Positions 28,026 through 38,092 of a stretch of 64,000 nucleotides of DNA are shown here, piece by piece. Below the pieces are notes generated by a model, which was given only the letters and a program-made list of their open reading frames with translations, searched no databases and was not told where the DNA came from. The DNA comes from an uncultured Lachnospiraceae bacterium (GTDB lineage: Bacteria; Bacillota; Clostridia; Lachnospirales; Lachnospiraceae), in the NCBI GenBank assembly GCA_944380185.1, contig CALWGV010000111.1, forward strand, positions 15,362 to 79,361, read 5' to 3'. A program made the translations under genes and the position numbers. How positions within the stretch are numbered: position 1 is the first letter of the stretch; the number at the start of each line of letters is the position of its first letter.

Positions 28026-28123
28026 AGATTCGCGCCTTTTTCTGCCGAAGGGCAACCGAGTCCGTTTTTTGGGACACCTTGACTGATATACTGTCCTTAT
28101 CAAAGATAAGGAGGATATCACCT

Positions 28124-28273
28124 ATGACGATGCGAGCCGAGTTTCATTATTGGGGTAACTATTATACGGTGATGCTTCCTGACGGAAGCTGCGCCTGCTG
28201 CGACAACAATGATGCAGATCGGAAGGAGCTGGAGTCTGAACTGATGGAGCAGGGCTATCGAGTGCGCTGGTAG
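28124..28273 (+). CDS. Candidate small Cys-containing protein (49 aa)
   Basis: ATG lies 7 nt after a strong AAGGAGG. Sequence is MTMRAEFHYWGNYYTVMLPDGSCACCDNNDADRKELESELMEQGYRVRW. The longer ORF-track frame (27845) overlaps the permease and is unlikely to be real. No homology evidence. Confidence 0.35.
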   Translation: MTMRAEFHYWGNYYTVMLPDGSCACCDNNDADRKELESELMEQGYRVRW

Positions 28274-28357
28274 CAGGCTCGCTGTCCGCGGCTCACTGTC
28301 CGATTTTTGCGCGGTCAGGACAAAAAGACAAAAATATGGCAATAAAAGGAAACGGAC

Positions 28358-29257
28358 ATGGAACGAAAGATTCGCTGCGAGATAACCAAACAGGAAGAGG
28401 GAATGCTGGTGAAGGATATCCTTCGCCGGCGTTTTTCCCTGTCTGCCAGGCAGATCAGCCGGATGAAATTCCGTTCCGACGGTATTTTGGTGGATGGGGC
28501 CCGCGTTACAGTTCGTCATGTGCTGGCGGCGGGGGAGGTGCTGGAGCTGTCATTGGAAGCGGGGGAGAAGGGATCCGACCATCTGATCCCCGTGGAAGGG
28601 CCGCTGGACATCCGATATGAGGATCAGGATATGGTGGTGCTCAGCAAGCCTGCCGGCCTGGTGGTCCACCCCAGCCACGGCCATTACAGCGATTCTCTGG
28701 CCAATCTGCTGGTGGGGCATTATGCCGCTCGGGGCGAGCATCTGGTGGTCAGGCCGGTGGGACGGCTGGATAAGGATACCTCCGGCCTGATCATTATTGC
28801 AAAGCATGCTGCGGCGGCAGCTTCTTTTGACCGGCAGCGCCGGGAAGGAACATTGGAGCGGGTCTATCTGGCTTTGGTTGAGGGCTGTCCGGAGCCCCGG
28901 CGCGGAACAGTGGACGAGCCGATCGGCCGGGATGAAGGTTCGATTATTCTGCGCCGGGTCCGTCCGGATGGAGATCGAGCCGTCACGGATTATGAAGTCT
29001 TGGCGCCGGGAAGGGAGTATTCTGTCGTTCGGCTCAGGCTGCATACGGGGCGCACCCATCAGATCCGCGTCCATATGGCCTGGCTGGGTCATCCCCTGCT
29101 GGGGGATTCGCTGTATGGGACAGAGGGCAGCCAGGGCATGTATCGCGCGGCTCTTCACTCCGCACAGATTTCCTGCCGTCAGCCTGTTACCGGCGAGCCC
29201 CGGTGTTTTCGGGCAGAGCTGCCGGCAGATATGGAGAAATTAATTCGGCAAATATAA
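28358..29257 (+). CDS. RluA-family 23S rRNA/tRNA pseudouridine synthase with S4-like N-terminus
   Basis: Catalytic motif GRLDKDTSGLI, and HQIRVH near the C-terminus. Confidence 0.9.
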   Translation: MERKIRCEITKQEEGMLVKDILRRRFSLSARQISRMKFRSDGILVDGARVTVRHVLAAGEVLELSLEAGEKGSDHLIPVEGPLDIRYEDQDMVVLSKPAGLVVHPSHGHYSDSLANLLVGHYAARGEHLVVRPVGRLDKDTSGLIIIAKHAAAAASFDRQRREGTLERVYLALVEGCPEPRRGTVDEPIGRDEGSIILRRVRPDGDRAVTDYEVLAPGREYSVVRLRLHTGRTHQIRVHMAWLGHPLLGDSLYGTEGSQGMYRAALHSAQISCRQPVTGEPRCFRAELPADMEKLIRQI

Positions 29258-29326
29258 AGAAAGACTCACATTTTTCTTTATTCTGAGGTATACTTGTCTC
29301 AGCACATATAGCTCAGGAGGAAAAAC

Positions 29327-29986
29327 ATGAACCGGAATCTGAAACTTGCAATTTTTGATATGGATGGGCTGATGTTCGACACGGAGCGCAGATACTGCGA
29401 CGACGCCAGGGAGCTGTTTGACCGGCTGGGCATTGCTGTGGACATGCAGGCGCTCTATGATGTGATCGGCACTTCTCTGCCTGTGGACATGAGACGATTT
29501 AATCGGAGTGATCGACCGGATGACGAGGTGCGCAGTCTCATGTCTCAGATAACGGCCGATGCGATAAAGGACATGTGTGAGAACGGCGTTCCGGTCAAAG
29601 AAGGACTGTATGAGCTTTTGGAGGCGCTGACTGCGGCCGGCGTACGGCTGGCTGTCGCTACGTCCACCGAGAGGAACAGAGCCGAGAGTCTGCTCCGTTC
29701 GGCCGGTGTGCTGTCCAGCTTTGATTTTGTGGCAACCAGTGCCGACGTGGCCTGCGGCAAGCCGGCACCGGATATATTTCTGCACGCCTGTGCGCTGGCT
29801 GGCGTTGTGCCCGGGCAGGCGATGATTTTTGAGGATTCCATAAACGGCGGACGGGCAGCCAAAGCCGCCGGTATTCCCTATATTATTGTGCCGGATATCA
29901 AGCAGCCTACGGAAGATGTGCGTAAAGGAGCGTGCGCTGTCCTCCCCTCTCTGGCAGAGGCAATTCCGCTGCTTATGCTGCGCTGA
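29327..29986 (+). CDS. HAD-superfamily hydrolase (beta-phosphoglucomutase-like subfamily IA)
   Basis: Motif I FDMDGLMFDTE, motif II ATS, and C-terminal FEDSINGGRAAKAAG. Confidence 0.85.
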   Translation: MNRNLKLAIFDMDGLMFDTERRYCDDARELFDRLGIAVDMQALYDVIGTSLPVDMRRFNRSDRPDDEVRSLMSQITADAIKDMCENGVPVKEGLYELLEALTAAGVRLAVATSTERNRAESLLRSAGVLSSFDFVATSADVACGKPAPDIFLHACALAGVVPGQAMIFEDSINGGRAAKAAGIPYIIVPDIKQPTEDVRKGACAVLPSLAEAIPLLMLR

Positions 29987-30105
29987 TCATTCCGCTTAAA
30001 GTGAAAATTGCAAAACGCTGTTCCTTATGGTAGAATTGTAGAGACTTTTAGGCAAGATCAAATATGGCATCGGATGATGCCGCAAGAGCAGGAGGATTTA
30101 CGGAT

Positions 30106-30783
30106 ATGGAACAGTATAAGCAGGAATTCATCGAATTCATGGTGGACTGCCAGGTTCTGCGCTTCGGCGATTTTGTGACCAAGAGCGGAAGAAAGACGCC
30201 CTTTTTTATCAATACCGGTTATTACCGCACGGGCAGTCAGCTGAAAAAGCTGGGCCAGTATTATGCCAGGACTATTGCGGAACGGTTTGGCACGGATTTT
30301 GACATTCTGTTTGGGCCAGCCTACAAGGGGATTCCCCTGAGTGTGACGGCATCCATGGCTCTGGCTGATGAGTATGGGGCCGAGATCGGCTACTGCTCCA
30401 ACCGCAAGGAGATCAAAGATCATGGCGACAAGGGAATTTTGCTGGGGACGCCTGTAAAGGACGGGGATCGGGTGGTGATCATCGAGGATGTGACTACTGC
30501 CGGCACATCGGTGGAGGAAACCATGCCGATTTTGCGGGCGGCAGGCGACGTGCAGGTCCTAGGTCTGGTTGTGTCGGTGGACCGGATGGAGAGAGGCAGG
30601 ACCGAACAGTCGGCCCTTGCAGAGATCAGCGCCCGCTATGGCATCGAAACGGCGGCCATCGTGACCATGGCGGAAGTGGTTGAGCATCTGTATAATCAGC
30701 CGTACAAGGGAAAGATTATTATTGACGATTCGATAAAGGCGGCCATCGATTCATATTATGAACAGTATGGCTGTGCAGACTGA
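30106..30783 (+). CDS. pyrE: Orotate phosphoribosyltransferase
   Basis: Start at the Met behind AGGAGGA. PRPP-binding loop VVIIEDVTTAGTS. FGPAYKGIPL is typical of PyrE. Confidence 0.85.
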   Translation: MEQYKQEFIEFMVDCQVLRFGDFVTKSGRKTPFFINTGYYRTGSQLKKLGQYYARTIAERFGTDFDILFGPAYKGIPLSVTASMALADEYGAEIGYCSNRKEIKDHGDKGILLGTPVKDGDRVVIIEDVTTAGTSVEETMPILRAAGDVQVLGLVVSVDRMERGRTEQSALAEISARYGIETAAIVTMAEVVEHLYNQPYKGKIIIDDSIKAAIDSYYEQYGCAD

Positions 30784-30813
30784 AAAGAGCAGAGCGGATA
30801 AGGAGGCAAAGCG

Positions 30814-30966
30814 ATGAACGAAAAAATTTTCAAGACGATGGGCGCTACCGGTGCAGGAGCTATCGCCGTAGGCATCGTGGTCCTGGTGGCAGGACTGGCG
30901 ACAGGAATTATCAGTATTGTCAATGGGAGTCTGCTGCTGAAGAGAAGGAAAGATGTCATTTTCTAA
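30814..30966 (+). CDS. Candidate small single-pass membrane protein (50 aa)
   Basis: Not in the ORF track (under 60 aa). ATG lies 7 nt after AAGGAGG. Translates to MNEKIFKTMGATGAGAIAVGIVVLVAGLATGIISIVNGSLLLKRRKDVIF. Stop overlaps the start of the VanZ gene. Confidence 0.4.
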   Translation: MNEKIFKTMGATGAGAIAVGIVVLVAGLATGIISIVNGSLLLKRRKDVIF

Positions 30967-31420
30967 AGAAAAAGAGGAGCGCCGCCGGAGTCTGATCGGG
31001 ATTATCCTGTTTGTCACTTACCTGGTGGCGCTCATGTATGTTATGTTTTTTGCTGAAATGCTGGGGAGGACGGAGGTAGACCGGGAGTACAGCTATAATC
31101 TGCAGCTGTTTCGGGAGATTGGACGGTTTATCCGGCACAGAGATGTACTGGGCATGCGAATCGTGTTCTGGAATCTGGGCGGAAATGTGCTGTGTTTTAT
31201 GCCCTTCGGCTTCTGCCTGCCCTGGCTGTTTAAAAGTCTGGACCGTGCGCATCTGGCTGTGCTTTTGTCCTTGTATTTAAGCCTTTTAATCGAGCTGACA
31301 CAACTGTTTTTGCGGGTGGGAAGCTTTGATGTGGACGATCTGCTGCTCAATACACTGGGCGGTCTTGCGGGTTTTTTATGCTACCGGCTTTGGAGACGGA
31401 TACGCCGTCGTCCGGTATAA
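30953..31420 (+). CDS. VanZ-family membrane protein
   Basis: Four TM helices. N(V/L)xxFxPFG and ELTQLF...GSFDVDDLLLNTLGG motifs are typical of VanZ-like proteins. Confidence 0.8.
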   Translation: MSFSKEKEERRRSLIGIILFVTYLVALMYVMFFAEMLGRTEVDREYSYNLQLFREIGRFIRHRDVLGMRIVFWNLGGNVLCFMPFGFCLPWLFKSLDRAHLAVLLSLYLSLLIELTQLFLRVGSFDVDDLLLNTLGGLAGFLCYRLWRRIRRRPV

Positions 31421-31435
31421 TGAGGTGTCTTAAGG

Positions 31436-31729
31436 ATGATAAAAGGAAAATATACTTTTTCCCTGGTTTCTCTGGGAATTTTCGTGCTGGAGCTTGCTTT
31501 GATCGGCGTATGTCTGTGGCAGACCACGGCAAGCCAGGGGCAGAGCGGTCTCTGGGTGGGCTGTGTGGGACTTCTGACTTTCCTGGGCGGAGTGATTGGC
31601 TTTAGGATGGCCTGGATGGACCGGGAGCTTCTGGGAAGACTGTACCGCTTTCCGCTGGTGATGATGGTTCTTCATCTGATTGTGCTGATTATGCTGGCAG
31701 CTCTGTATTTGCTGGGGCTGGTCTATTAG
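31436..31729 (+). CDS. Small membrane protein (3 TM), function unknown
   Basis: 97-aa hydrophobic ORF tightly packed between the VanZ gene and the downstream gene. Confidence 0.45.
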   Translation: MIKGKYTFSLVSLGIFVLELALIGVCLWQTTASQGQSGLWVGCVGLLTFLGGVIGFRMAWMDRELLGRLYRFPLVMMVLHLIVLIMLAALYLLGLVY

Positions 31730-31738
31730 GAGGAAAGA

Positions 31739-32962
31739 GTGGCAGATATTTTGGAATATATGAACAGCCGGCCGCAGTGGCTGGATGAGCGGCTGGAGCT
31801 TTCTCGGGAAGGTCTTGCCCGGTTTGCTGCTCAGGGGGATGAAGGGCTGACTGCCGGCGTCTTCTTGAAGGAAACGGCACATTTTCTTCAGGATGCGCTT
31901 AGAATTTTCGATTTAAAAGAGGCCCTTCTTCTGGAGGATCTCTCTCTGGAAAAGCAAAAGGGGGTCTGGGAGCAGCTGATGAGTGCTCCCGTATGGAAAT
32001 GGCTCTCCGACGGCTTGACATGTGCGGATGACAGAGGACTGGACCAGCTTTTGCGGGCGGCCCTGACGGAGTGGAGACTGGCAGGCGGTTACGGACTGTG
32101 GGGACAAAAGCTGCAGATGGTGATCTGTCTGGAGCTCTTTCTGCAGATTGTGCAGCTGTTTGAGATGGAGCGCAGCGGTGAGGAGAGCGGTGAGGAGCTA
32201 AAGGAATCGGTACGGCAGGCGCTTTACTATCACTTCAGCGATTACTGTGATGTGACGGCTGCCCTCTTCTGGCGGAATATATTGGTGGCCGGTCCTTATA
32301 CGGCCGCAGTGGAGACGGCCGGACCAGAAGATCTGTACGGCATCTATCGTCTGGCATGGCCGCCTGGCAAAGAGGCGGCAGAGGACAGTCTTAGGGAGGC
32401 CGGGCGTCTTGGCCGTCTGGCGGAGGAGGACCTCGTAAAAGAGGCAAAAATGCGGATGGCAGAGGCCCGCATCCGCCTGCCGCAGCCGGCTGTGATGCCG
32501 AGCGCAGCCGGAAAGCGTTCGACCGGCCAGGCGGCAGAGATACTGACTGCGGTGGAGGTAGAGCCGGGCAGAGAACGGCTGGCCAAATGCATCTGTGCTC
32601 TGCTGCGGCAGGAAGGGTACACGCCGGTCTGCTTTAGACCTGCCGGTACGCTGATGAACCGGGCGGCGGCAGGCCTAAAGCCGGGGGAGCTTTCCCTGTT
32701 TTTAGACCGCGCCCTGAAGGAGCGGCGGGTGGCCGAGGAGAAAAATGCCCTGGAGGTGTACCGGGAGCAAGCGGCCCGCCTGGCACGGGTGATTTACACG
32801 GGGCAGATTGCCTCACAGGAGACGGAAAGCCCGGCGCGCCGGGGAGCGGCGGAAAGCGCGGCTGAAGCGGCAAGCGGGTCCGACAGGCGGAGGGAAAAGA
32901 TTGAACAGGAGTTTCGGCAGGAAATCTTCGCTGTCAGACAAAAGTTTTTTCCCGGATATTGA
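31739..32962 (+). CDS. Hypothetical soluble protein (407 aa)
   Basis: GTG start 5 nt after AGGAGGA. Ala/Glu/Arg-rich and helical-looking. The N-terminal third vaguely recalls the helical N-extension of clostridial M29-like aminopeptidases, but I see no catalytic motifs. Confidence 0.4.
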   Translation: MADILEYMNSRPQWLDERLELSREGLARFAAQGDEGLTAGVFLKETAHFLQDALRIFDLKEALLLEDLSLEKQKGVWEQLMSAPVWKWLSDGLTCADDRGLDQLLRAALTEWRLAGGYGLWGQKLQMVICLELFLQIVQLFEMERSGEESGEELKESVRQALYYHFSDYCDVTAALFWRNILVAGPYTAAVETAGPEDLYGIYRLAWPPGKEAAEDSLREAGRLGRLAEEDLVKEAKMRMAEARIRLPQPAVMPSAAGKRSTGQAAEILTAVEVEPGRERLAKCICALLRQEGYTPVCFRPAGTLMNRAAAGLKPGELSLFLDRALKERRVAEEKNALEVYREQAARLARVIYTGQIASQETESPARRGAAESAAEAASGSDRRREKIEQEFRQEIFAVRQKFFPGY

Positions 32963-33045
32963 CGGGAGAGAGAAAATCCGCAATAATAAAAGGGTGGTTT
33001 GGATTACCATTACCGGAATAGAAATGAAGAGAAGAGGAGTGTACT

Positions 33046-33558
33046 ATGGCAAAGGTAGGCATTGTAATGGGCAGCGATTCGGATCTGCCTGTGATGAGCA
33101 AAGCGGCACAGATTCTGGAGCAGTTCGGCGTGGAGTATGAGATGACGATTATCTCGGCTCACAGGGAGCCGGACGTTTTCTATGAGTACGCCAAAACGGC
33201 AGAGGAGAAGGGCTTTAAAGTGATCATCGCCGGTGCGGGGATGGCGGCCCATCTGCCGGGCATGTGCGCGGCGATTTTCCCGATGCCCGTCATCGGAATT
33301 CCGATGCACACAAAGTCCCTGGGCGGTGTGGATTCGCTCTACTCCATCGTGCAGATGCCTACAGGTATCCCGGTGGCAACAGTGGCCATCGACGGAGGAG
33401 CCAATGCCGGCATTCTGGCGGTGAAAATTTTGGCCACCTCCGATCCGGAGCTGTTGGCTAAACTCAAGGATTACATTGCCGGTCTGAAAGACGGTGTCAT
33501 GAAGAAGGCAGAGAAGCTTTCTGAGCTGGGCTATCAGCAGTACATGGAGCAAAAATAA
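33046..33558 (+). CDS. purE: 5-(carboxyamino)imidazole ribonucleotide mutase
   Basis: [14 protein letters not shown] and [11 protein letters not shown] motifs. Confidence 0.92.
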   Translation: MAKVGIVMGSDSDLPVMSKAAQILEQFGVEYEMTIISAHREPDVFYEYAKTAEEKGFKVIIAGAGMAAHLPGMCAAIFPMPVIGIPMHTKSLGGVDSLYSIVQMPTGIPVATVAIDGGANAGILAVKILATSDPELLAKLKDYIAGLKDGVMKKAEKLSELGYQQYMEQK

Positions 33559-33581
33559 ATCAATCAGTAGGAGGGAGTAAA

Positions 33582-34610
33582 ATGCTGGATTATAAGAGTG
33601 CCGGCGTAGATATCGAGGCGGGTTACCGCTCGGTGGAGCTGATGAAAAAGCATGTGAAGGAGACTATGAGGCCGGAGGTCCTGGGAGGTATAGGAGGCTT
33701 CTCCGGAGCGTTCTCTCTGAGCAGCTTCAAGAATATGGAAAAGCCCACTTTAGTCAGCGGTACGGACGGCGTGGGCACTAAGCTGAAGCTGGCCTTCCTG
33801 ATGGACAGGCACGATACGGTGGGAATCGACTGTGTGGCTATGTGCGTCAACGATATCGCCTGCGCCGGCGGAGAGCCCTTGTTCTTCCTTGACTATATTG
33901 CCTGCGGAAAAAATGAGCCGGAGAAAATCGCCGATATCGTCAAAGGCGTGGCAGAAGGATGCAAACAGGCGGGGGCTGCGCTGATCGGCGGCGAGACGGC
34001 GGAGATGCCGGGCTTCTATCCGGAGGAGGAGTACGACTTGGCCGGCTTTGCCGTGGGTATTGTCGATGAGAAGGATATGATCGACGGTCATACCGTAAAG
34101 GAGGGAGATGTGCTGGTGGGAATGGCCTCCTCCGGCATTCACAGCAACGGATTTTCCCTGGTACGCCGGGTGTTTACGATGACGCGTGAGGCGCTGGAGT
34201 GCAGCTATGATGAGCTGGGCTGCACCCTGGGCGAAGCGCTGCTTTGTCCGACGAAGATTTATGTGAAGGCTCTGCAGGCGGTGAAAGCGGCGGGCGTACA
34301 TATCAAGGCCTGCAGCCATATTACCGGCGGCGGCTTCTATGAAAATATCCCCCGGATGCTGCCTGAAGGGATGCAGGCGGTCATTGAGAAGAACAGCTAT
34401 CCGATCCCGCCGATTTTTCGGATGCTGATGCGCGAGGGCGGCATAGCCGAGCAGATGATGTACAACACTTACAATATGGGTATCGGTATGGTCATGGCGC
34501 TTGATCCCGCCGATGCGGACAAGGCTGCGGAGGCCATAAAGGCAGCCGGCGAGACCCCTTACGTGATCGGACGGGTTGAGCCCGGTGAGAAAGGCGTGAA
34601 GCTATGCTGA
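33582..34610 (+). CDS. purM: Phosphoribosylformylglycinamidine cyclo-ligase (AIR synthetase)
   Basis: [23 protein letters not shown] and DYIACG motifs. Confidence 0.92.
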   Translation: MLDYKSAGVDIEAGYRSVELMKKHVKETMRPEVLGGIGGFSGAFSLSSFKNMEKPTLVSGTDGVGTKLKLAFLMDRHDTVGIDCVAMCVNDIACAGGEPLFFLDYIACGKNEPEKIADIVKGVAEGCKQAGAALIGGETAEMPGFYPEEEYDLAGFAVGIVDEKDMIDGHTVKEGDVLVGMASSGIHSNGFSLVRRVFTMTREALECSYDELGCTLGEALLCPTKIYVKALQAVKAAGVHIKACSHITGGGFYENIPRMLPEGMQAVIEKNSYPIPPIFRMLMREGGIAEQMMYNTYNMGIGMVMALDPADADKAAEAIKAAGETPYVIGRVEPGEKGVKLC

Positions 34611-35239
34611 GAGTCGGTGTTTGCGTATCCGGCGGCGGCACAAATCTGCAGGCCATCATCGACCGGGTGCAGGATGGGACGCTTCGGGACGTCTCCCTGG
34701 AGGTGGTGATCAGCAACAACAAAAATGCTTACGCTCTGGAGAGAGCCAGGCAGAGCCAAATACCGGCGGTAGCTCTCTCTCCGAAGGATTTTGAAAACCG
34801 CGAGGAGTTTCACCGGGCTTTTATGGAGCTTTTGGACGGCTATGAGCTGGATTTGGTCGTGCTGGCGGGCTTTCTGGTGATTCTGCCGCCTCAGATGTTT
34901 CCGAAGTATAAAAATCGAGTGATCAACGTTCACCCCTCCCTGATTCCCTCCTTCTGCGGCACCGGCTATTACGGGCTGAAGGTCCATGAGGCTGCCCTGC
35001 AGAGAGGGGTCAAGATCACCGGAGCTACGGTTCATTTTGTGGACGAGGGTACGGACAGCGGACCGATCCTTTTGCAGAAGGCAGTGGAAGTGCATGACGG
35101 CGATACGCCGGAGATCCTGCAGCGGCGAGTGATGGAGGAGGCAGAGTGGATTCTCCTGCCCCGGGCGATCGGGCTGATCGCTGCCGGCTGTGTGCGGGTG
35201 GAGAACGGAAAGGCTTATATACGGGAGGAAGACCAATGA
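34604..35239 (+). CDS. purN: Phosphoribosylglycinamide formyltransferase
   Basis: [20 protein letters not shown] and [14 protein letters not shown] motifs. Confidence 0.9.
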   Translation: MLRVGVCVSGGGTNLQAIIDRVQDGTLRDVSLEVVISNNKNAYALERARQSQIPAVALSPKDFENREEFHRAFMELLDGYELDLVVLAGFLVILPPQMFPKYKNRVINVHPSLIPSFCGTGYYGLKVHEAALQRGVKITGATVHFVDEGTDSGPILLQKAVEVHDGDTPEILQRRVMEEAEWILLPRAIGLIAAGCVRVENGKAYIREEDQ

Positions 35240-36513
35240 GAATAATGATAATCGGCAGTGGCGGCAGGGAACATGTCATTGCCTGGAAATTGTCCAAAAG
35301 TCCTGAGGTGGAAAAGATCTACTGTGCCCCGGGCAACGGCGGTATCGCTCAAATCGCTGAGTGCGTGCCCATCGATGTCATGGATTTTGACAGTCAGGTG
35401 GCCTTTGCCAGAGAAAATCATATCGATATGACGATTGTAGCTATGGATGATCCCCTGGTAGGCGGAGCGGTGGACGCCTTTGAGGCGGCGGGGCTTACCG
35501 CCTTTGGCCCCCGGGCAAATGCGGCCATCCTGGAGGGCTCCAAAGCTTTTTCCAAGGATCTGATGAAGAAATACCATATCCCCACGGCAGAGTACGAGAA
35601 TTTCACCGATGCGCAGGCCGCCCTTGAATACGTCAAGACCTGCCGTCTGCCGGTAGTCTTAAAGGCCGATGGTCTGGCTCTCGGCAAGGGGGTGCTGATC
35701 TGCAATACCAGAGAGGAAGCACTGGATGGGGTAAAGACCATCATGATGGACCGGAAATTCGGCGAGGCCGGCAGCTGCATGGTGGCAGAGGAGTTCCTCA
35801 CCGGCAGAGAGGTGTCGGTGCTGGCCTTTGTGGACGGCGCTACGGTGAAGGTCATGAGCTCGGCCCAGGATCACAAGAGGGCTTTGGACGGAGATCAGGG
35901 GCTAAACACGGGAGGAATGGGTACCTTTTCCCCCAGTCCTTTCTACACGGAGGAGATTGACGAGGTCTGCCGCCGTACCATCTACCAGCCCACGGTGGAC
36001 GCCATGCGTGCCGAGGGGCGTCCCTTCAAGGGCGTGCTGTTCTTCGGCCTGATGCTGACGGCAGACGGGCCGAAGGTGCTTGAGTACAATGCCCGCTTCG
36101 GTGATCCGGAGGCCCAAGTAATTCTGCCCCGGATGAAAAATGATCTGGTGGAGGTCTGTCGAGCCTGCATTGACGGAACTCTTGACCAGATCGATCTGCA
36201 GTTCGAGGACAATGCAGCGGTCTGCGTGGTTCTGGCCAGCGAAGGTTATCCCGTCTGCTATGAAAAAGGCTTCCTCATCGAGGGGCTGGAGCGGGCGGCG
36301 GCCAGGGAGGCTGACGGCTATTATGTATTCCATGCCGGGACTAAAAAGACCGACGAGGGCATCGTGACAAACGGCGGACGTGTTTTAGGCGTCACGGCCA
36401 AGGGCGCCACATTGAAGGAGGCCAGAGCTAAGGCCTATGAGGCCGCAGAGTGGATCACCTTTGCCAACAAATACATGCGTCACGATATCGGCAAGGCCAT
36501 CGATGAAGCGTGA
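35236..36513 (+). CDS. purD: Phosphoribosylamine--glycine ligase
   Basis: Start at the ATG overlapping the purN stop ([14 protein letters not shown]). ATP-grasp fold with GLALGKGV and FNARFGDPE. Confidence 0.92.
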   Translation: MRIMIIGSGGREHVIAWKLSKSPEVEKIYCAPGNGGIAQIAECVPIDVMDFDSQVAFARENHIDMTIVAMDDPLVGGAVDAFEAAGLTAFGPRANAAILEGSKAFSKDLMKKYHIPTAEYENFTDAQAALEYVKTCRLPVVLKADGLALGKGVLICNTREEALDGVKTIMMDRKFGEAGSCMVAEEFLTGREVSVLAFVDGATVKVMSSAQDHKRALDGDQGLNTGGMGTFSPSPFYTEEIDEVCRRTIYQPTVDAMRAEGRPFKGVLFFGLMLTADGPKVLEYNARFGDPEAQVILPRMKNDLVEVCRACIDGTLDQIDLQFEDNAAVCVVLASEGYPVCYEKGFLIEGLERAAAREADGYYVFHAGTKKTDEGIVTNGGRVLGVTAKGATLKEARAKAYEAAEWITFANKYMRHDIGKAIDEA

Positions 36514-36607
36514 TTCGTAAATAAGAACGGTCAAATGGAATGCTGTTGGAGTCTAAAGGTTTCGCCTTTGAGATTCTGGCATCATAGAATGAGCACCATA
36601 GGTTTCC

Positions 36608-36632
36608 GAGCCTCTTCGAGAAGAAGAGGCTC
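36608..36632 (+). terminator. Rho-independent terminator after purD
   Basis: GAGCCTCTTC-GAGAA-GAAGAGGCTC followed by CTCATTTT. Confidence 0.65.
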
Positions 36633-36724
36633 CTCATTTTAATGCGCATCAGATATCCCCGCAGTATCTCTTTTTTGTTCGGCGAAAAGAATAGAAAAGG
36701 TATCTTTTCCGGATGCCTGCGGTA

Positions 36725-36733
36725 TGCTATAAT
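36725..36733 (+). promoter_or_regulatory. Extended -10 element (TGcTATAAT) upstream of arcA
   Basis: TGCTATAAT lies about 110 nt upstream of the arcA ATG. No good -35. Confidence 0.4.
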
Positions 36734-36840
36734 CTGGGTAAAGGGCCGTATGTTCTTTTCAAAGGAGGGAGCGGGCTTTGAAAAGACCTTCGACAATAAC
36801 GGATACAGGCGAAGGGAAAAGGAAATAAAGGACGGAAAAT

Positions 36841-38067
36841 ATGTCGATTTGTGTGACAAGTGAGATTGGAAAATTAAAAAAAGTTATGCTTCACCGGCCG
36901 GGTGCCGAGCTGGAGCATCTGGTTCCGGAAGAGCTGGAGCGTCTGCTCTTTGACGATATCCCCTATCTGAAAACCGCACAGAAGGAGCACGATATTTTTG
37001 CCGGGCTTCTGCGGGAAAATGGGGTGGAGGTTCTGTACTTGGAGGATCTGACGGCGGATGTGCTGCGCTGGAATCCGCAGCTGAAAGGGACCTTCGTCCG
37101 TCAGGTAATCGAGGAGGCTGGAAGCACGGCCGTCAGATTTTCGCAGCAGCTGTATGAATATCTGATGGATATAGAGGATGAGAAGGAATTAGTGCTGAAG
37201 GTAATGGCGGGCGTAGGCCTTAACGAGCTGAGACCTGGGGCATACAGTCCGCTTGCCGATCTGGTCAGGACACAGAGAAGGTTCGTCACCGACCCCATTC
37301 CGAATCTCTATTTTACAAGAGATCCTTTTGCCACTATCGGACGGGGCGTAAGCTTAAATCACATGTACTCCAAGACCAGGAGAAGAGAGACGATTTTTGG
37401 TCAGTATGTTCTAACCTATCATCCGGATTTTGCGGGAACGCCCTTCTACTATGAGAGGACTGGTCCCTTTTCCATCGAGGGAGGAGACATCCTGAATCTG
37501 AGCCGAAAGGTGCTGGCGGTGGGGATTTCTCAGCGGACTACGCCGGAGGCCATTGAGATACTGGCACAGAATATTTTTCGGGATGAGAGCAGTGAGATAG
37601 AAACGGTTCTGGCGCTGGATATTCCCAGTATCCGGGCATACATGCATTTGGATACCGTGTGCACCCAGGTGGATCGCGATAAATTTGTTATTCATCCAGG
37701 TATTCTGGGAAGCCTGCAGATCTATGGGATTCGCCGGGGAGACAGGGCCGGGCAGCTGCGTGTGGAGGAGAAAAAGGGAGCGCTGACGGATGTCTTGGCC
37801 GAGCTTCTGGAGCTGGACCAGGTGACGATGATCCACTGTGGAGGAAAAGACAGGATCGCTTCGGAGCGGGAGCAGTGGAACGACGGTTCCAATACGCTCT
37901 GCATAGAACCGGGAACGGTGGTGGTGTATGACCGCAACGATATCACCAACAGTATCCTGAAAGAAAACGGGGTGCGCGTTCTTGAGATGCCTAGCTCGGA
38001 GCTGTCCAGAGGAAGAGGCGGTCCCAGGTGCATGAGTATGCCATTGGAACGCGAGCAAGTGCAGTAA
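36841..38067 (+). CDS. arcA: Arginine deiminase
   Basis: N-terminal SEIGKLKKVMLHRPG and C-terminal catalytic Cys motif GGPRCMSMPLER. Confidence 0.9.
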   Translation: MSICVTSEIGKLKKVMLHRPGAELEHLVPEELERLLFDDIPYLKTAQKEHDIFAGLLRENGVEVLYLEDLTADVLRWNPQLKGTFVRQVIEEAGSTAVRFSQQLYEYLMDIEDEKELVLKVMAGVGLNELRPGAYSPLADLVRTQRRFVTDPIPNLYFTRDPFATIGRGVSLNHMYSKTRRRETIFGQYVLTYHPDFAGTPFYYERTGPFSIEGGDILNLSRKVLAVGISQRTTPEAIEILAQNIFRDESSEIETVLALDIPSIRAYMHLDTVCTQVDRDKFVIHPGILGSLQIYGIRRGDRAGQLRVEEKKGALTDVLAELLELDQVTMIHCGGKDRIASEREQWNDGSNTLCIEPGTVVVYDRNDITNSILKENGVRVLEMPSSELSRGRGGPRCMSMPLEREQVQ

Positions 38068-38092
38068 ACGGAGCAGAAAGGAGTAGAAAAAC

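Noticed and set aside
32963-33045. Purine riboswitch or PurR box upstream of purE
   Set aside because: The spacer is only about 80 nt. I could not find the conserved purine-riboswitch junction sequences or a recognisable PurBox.
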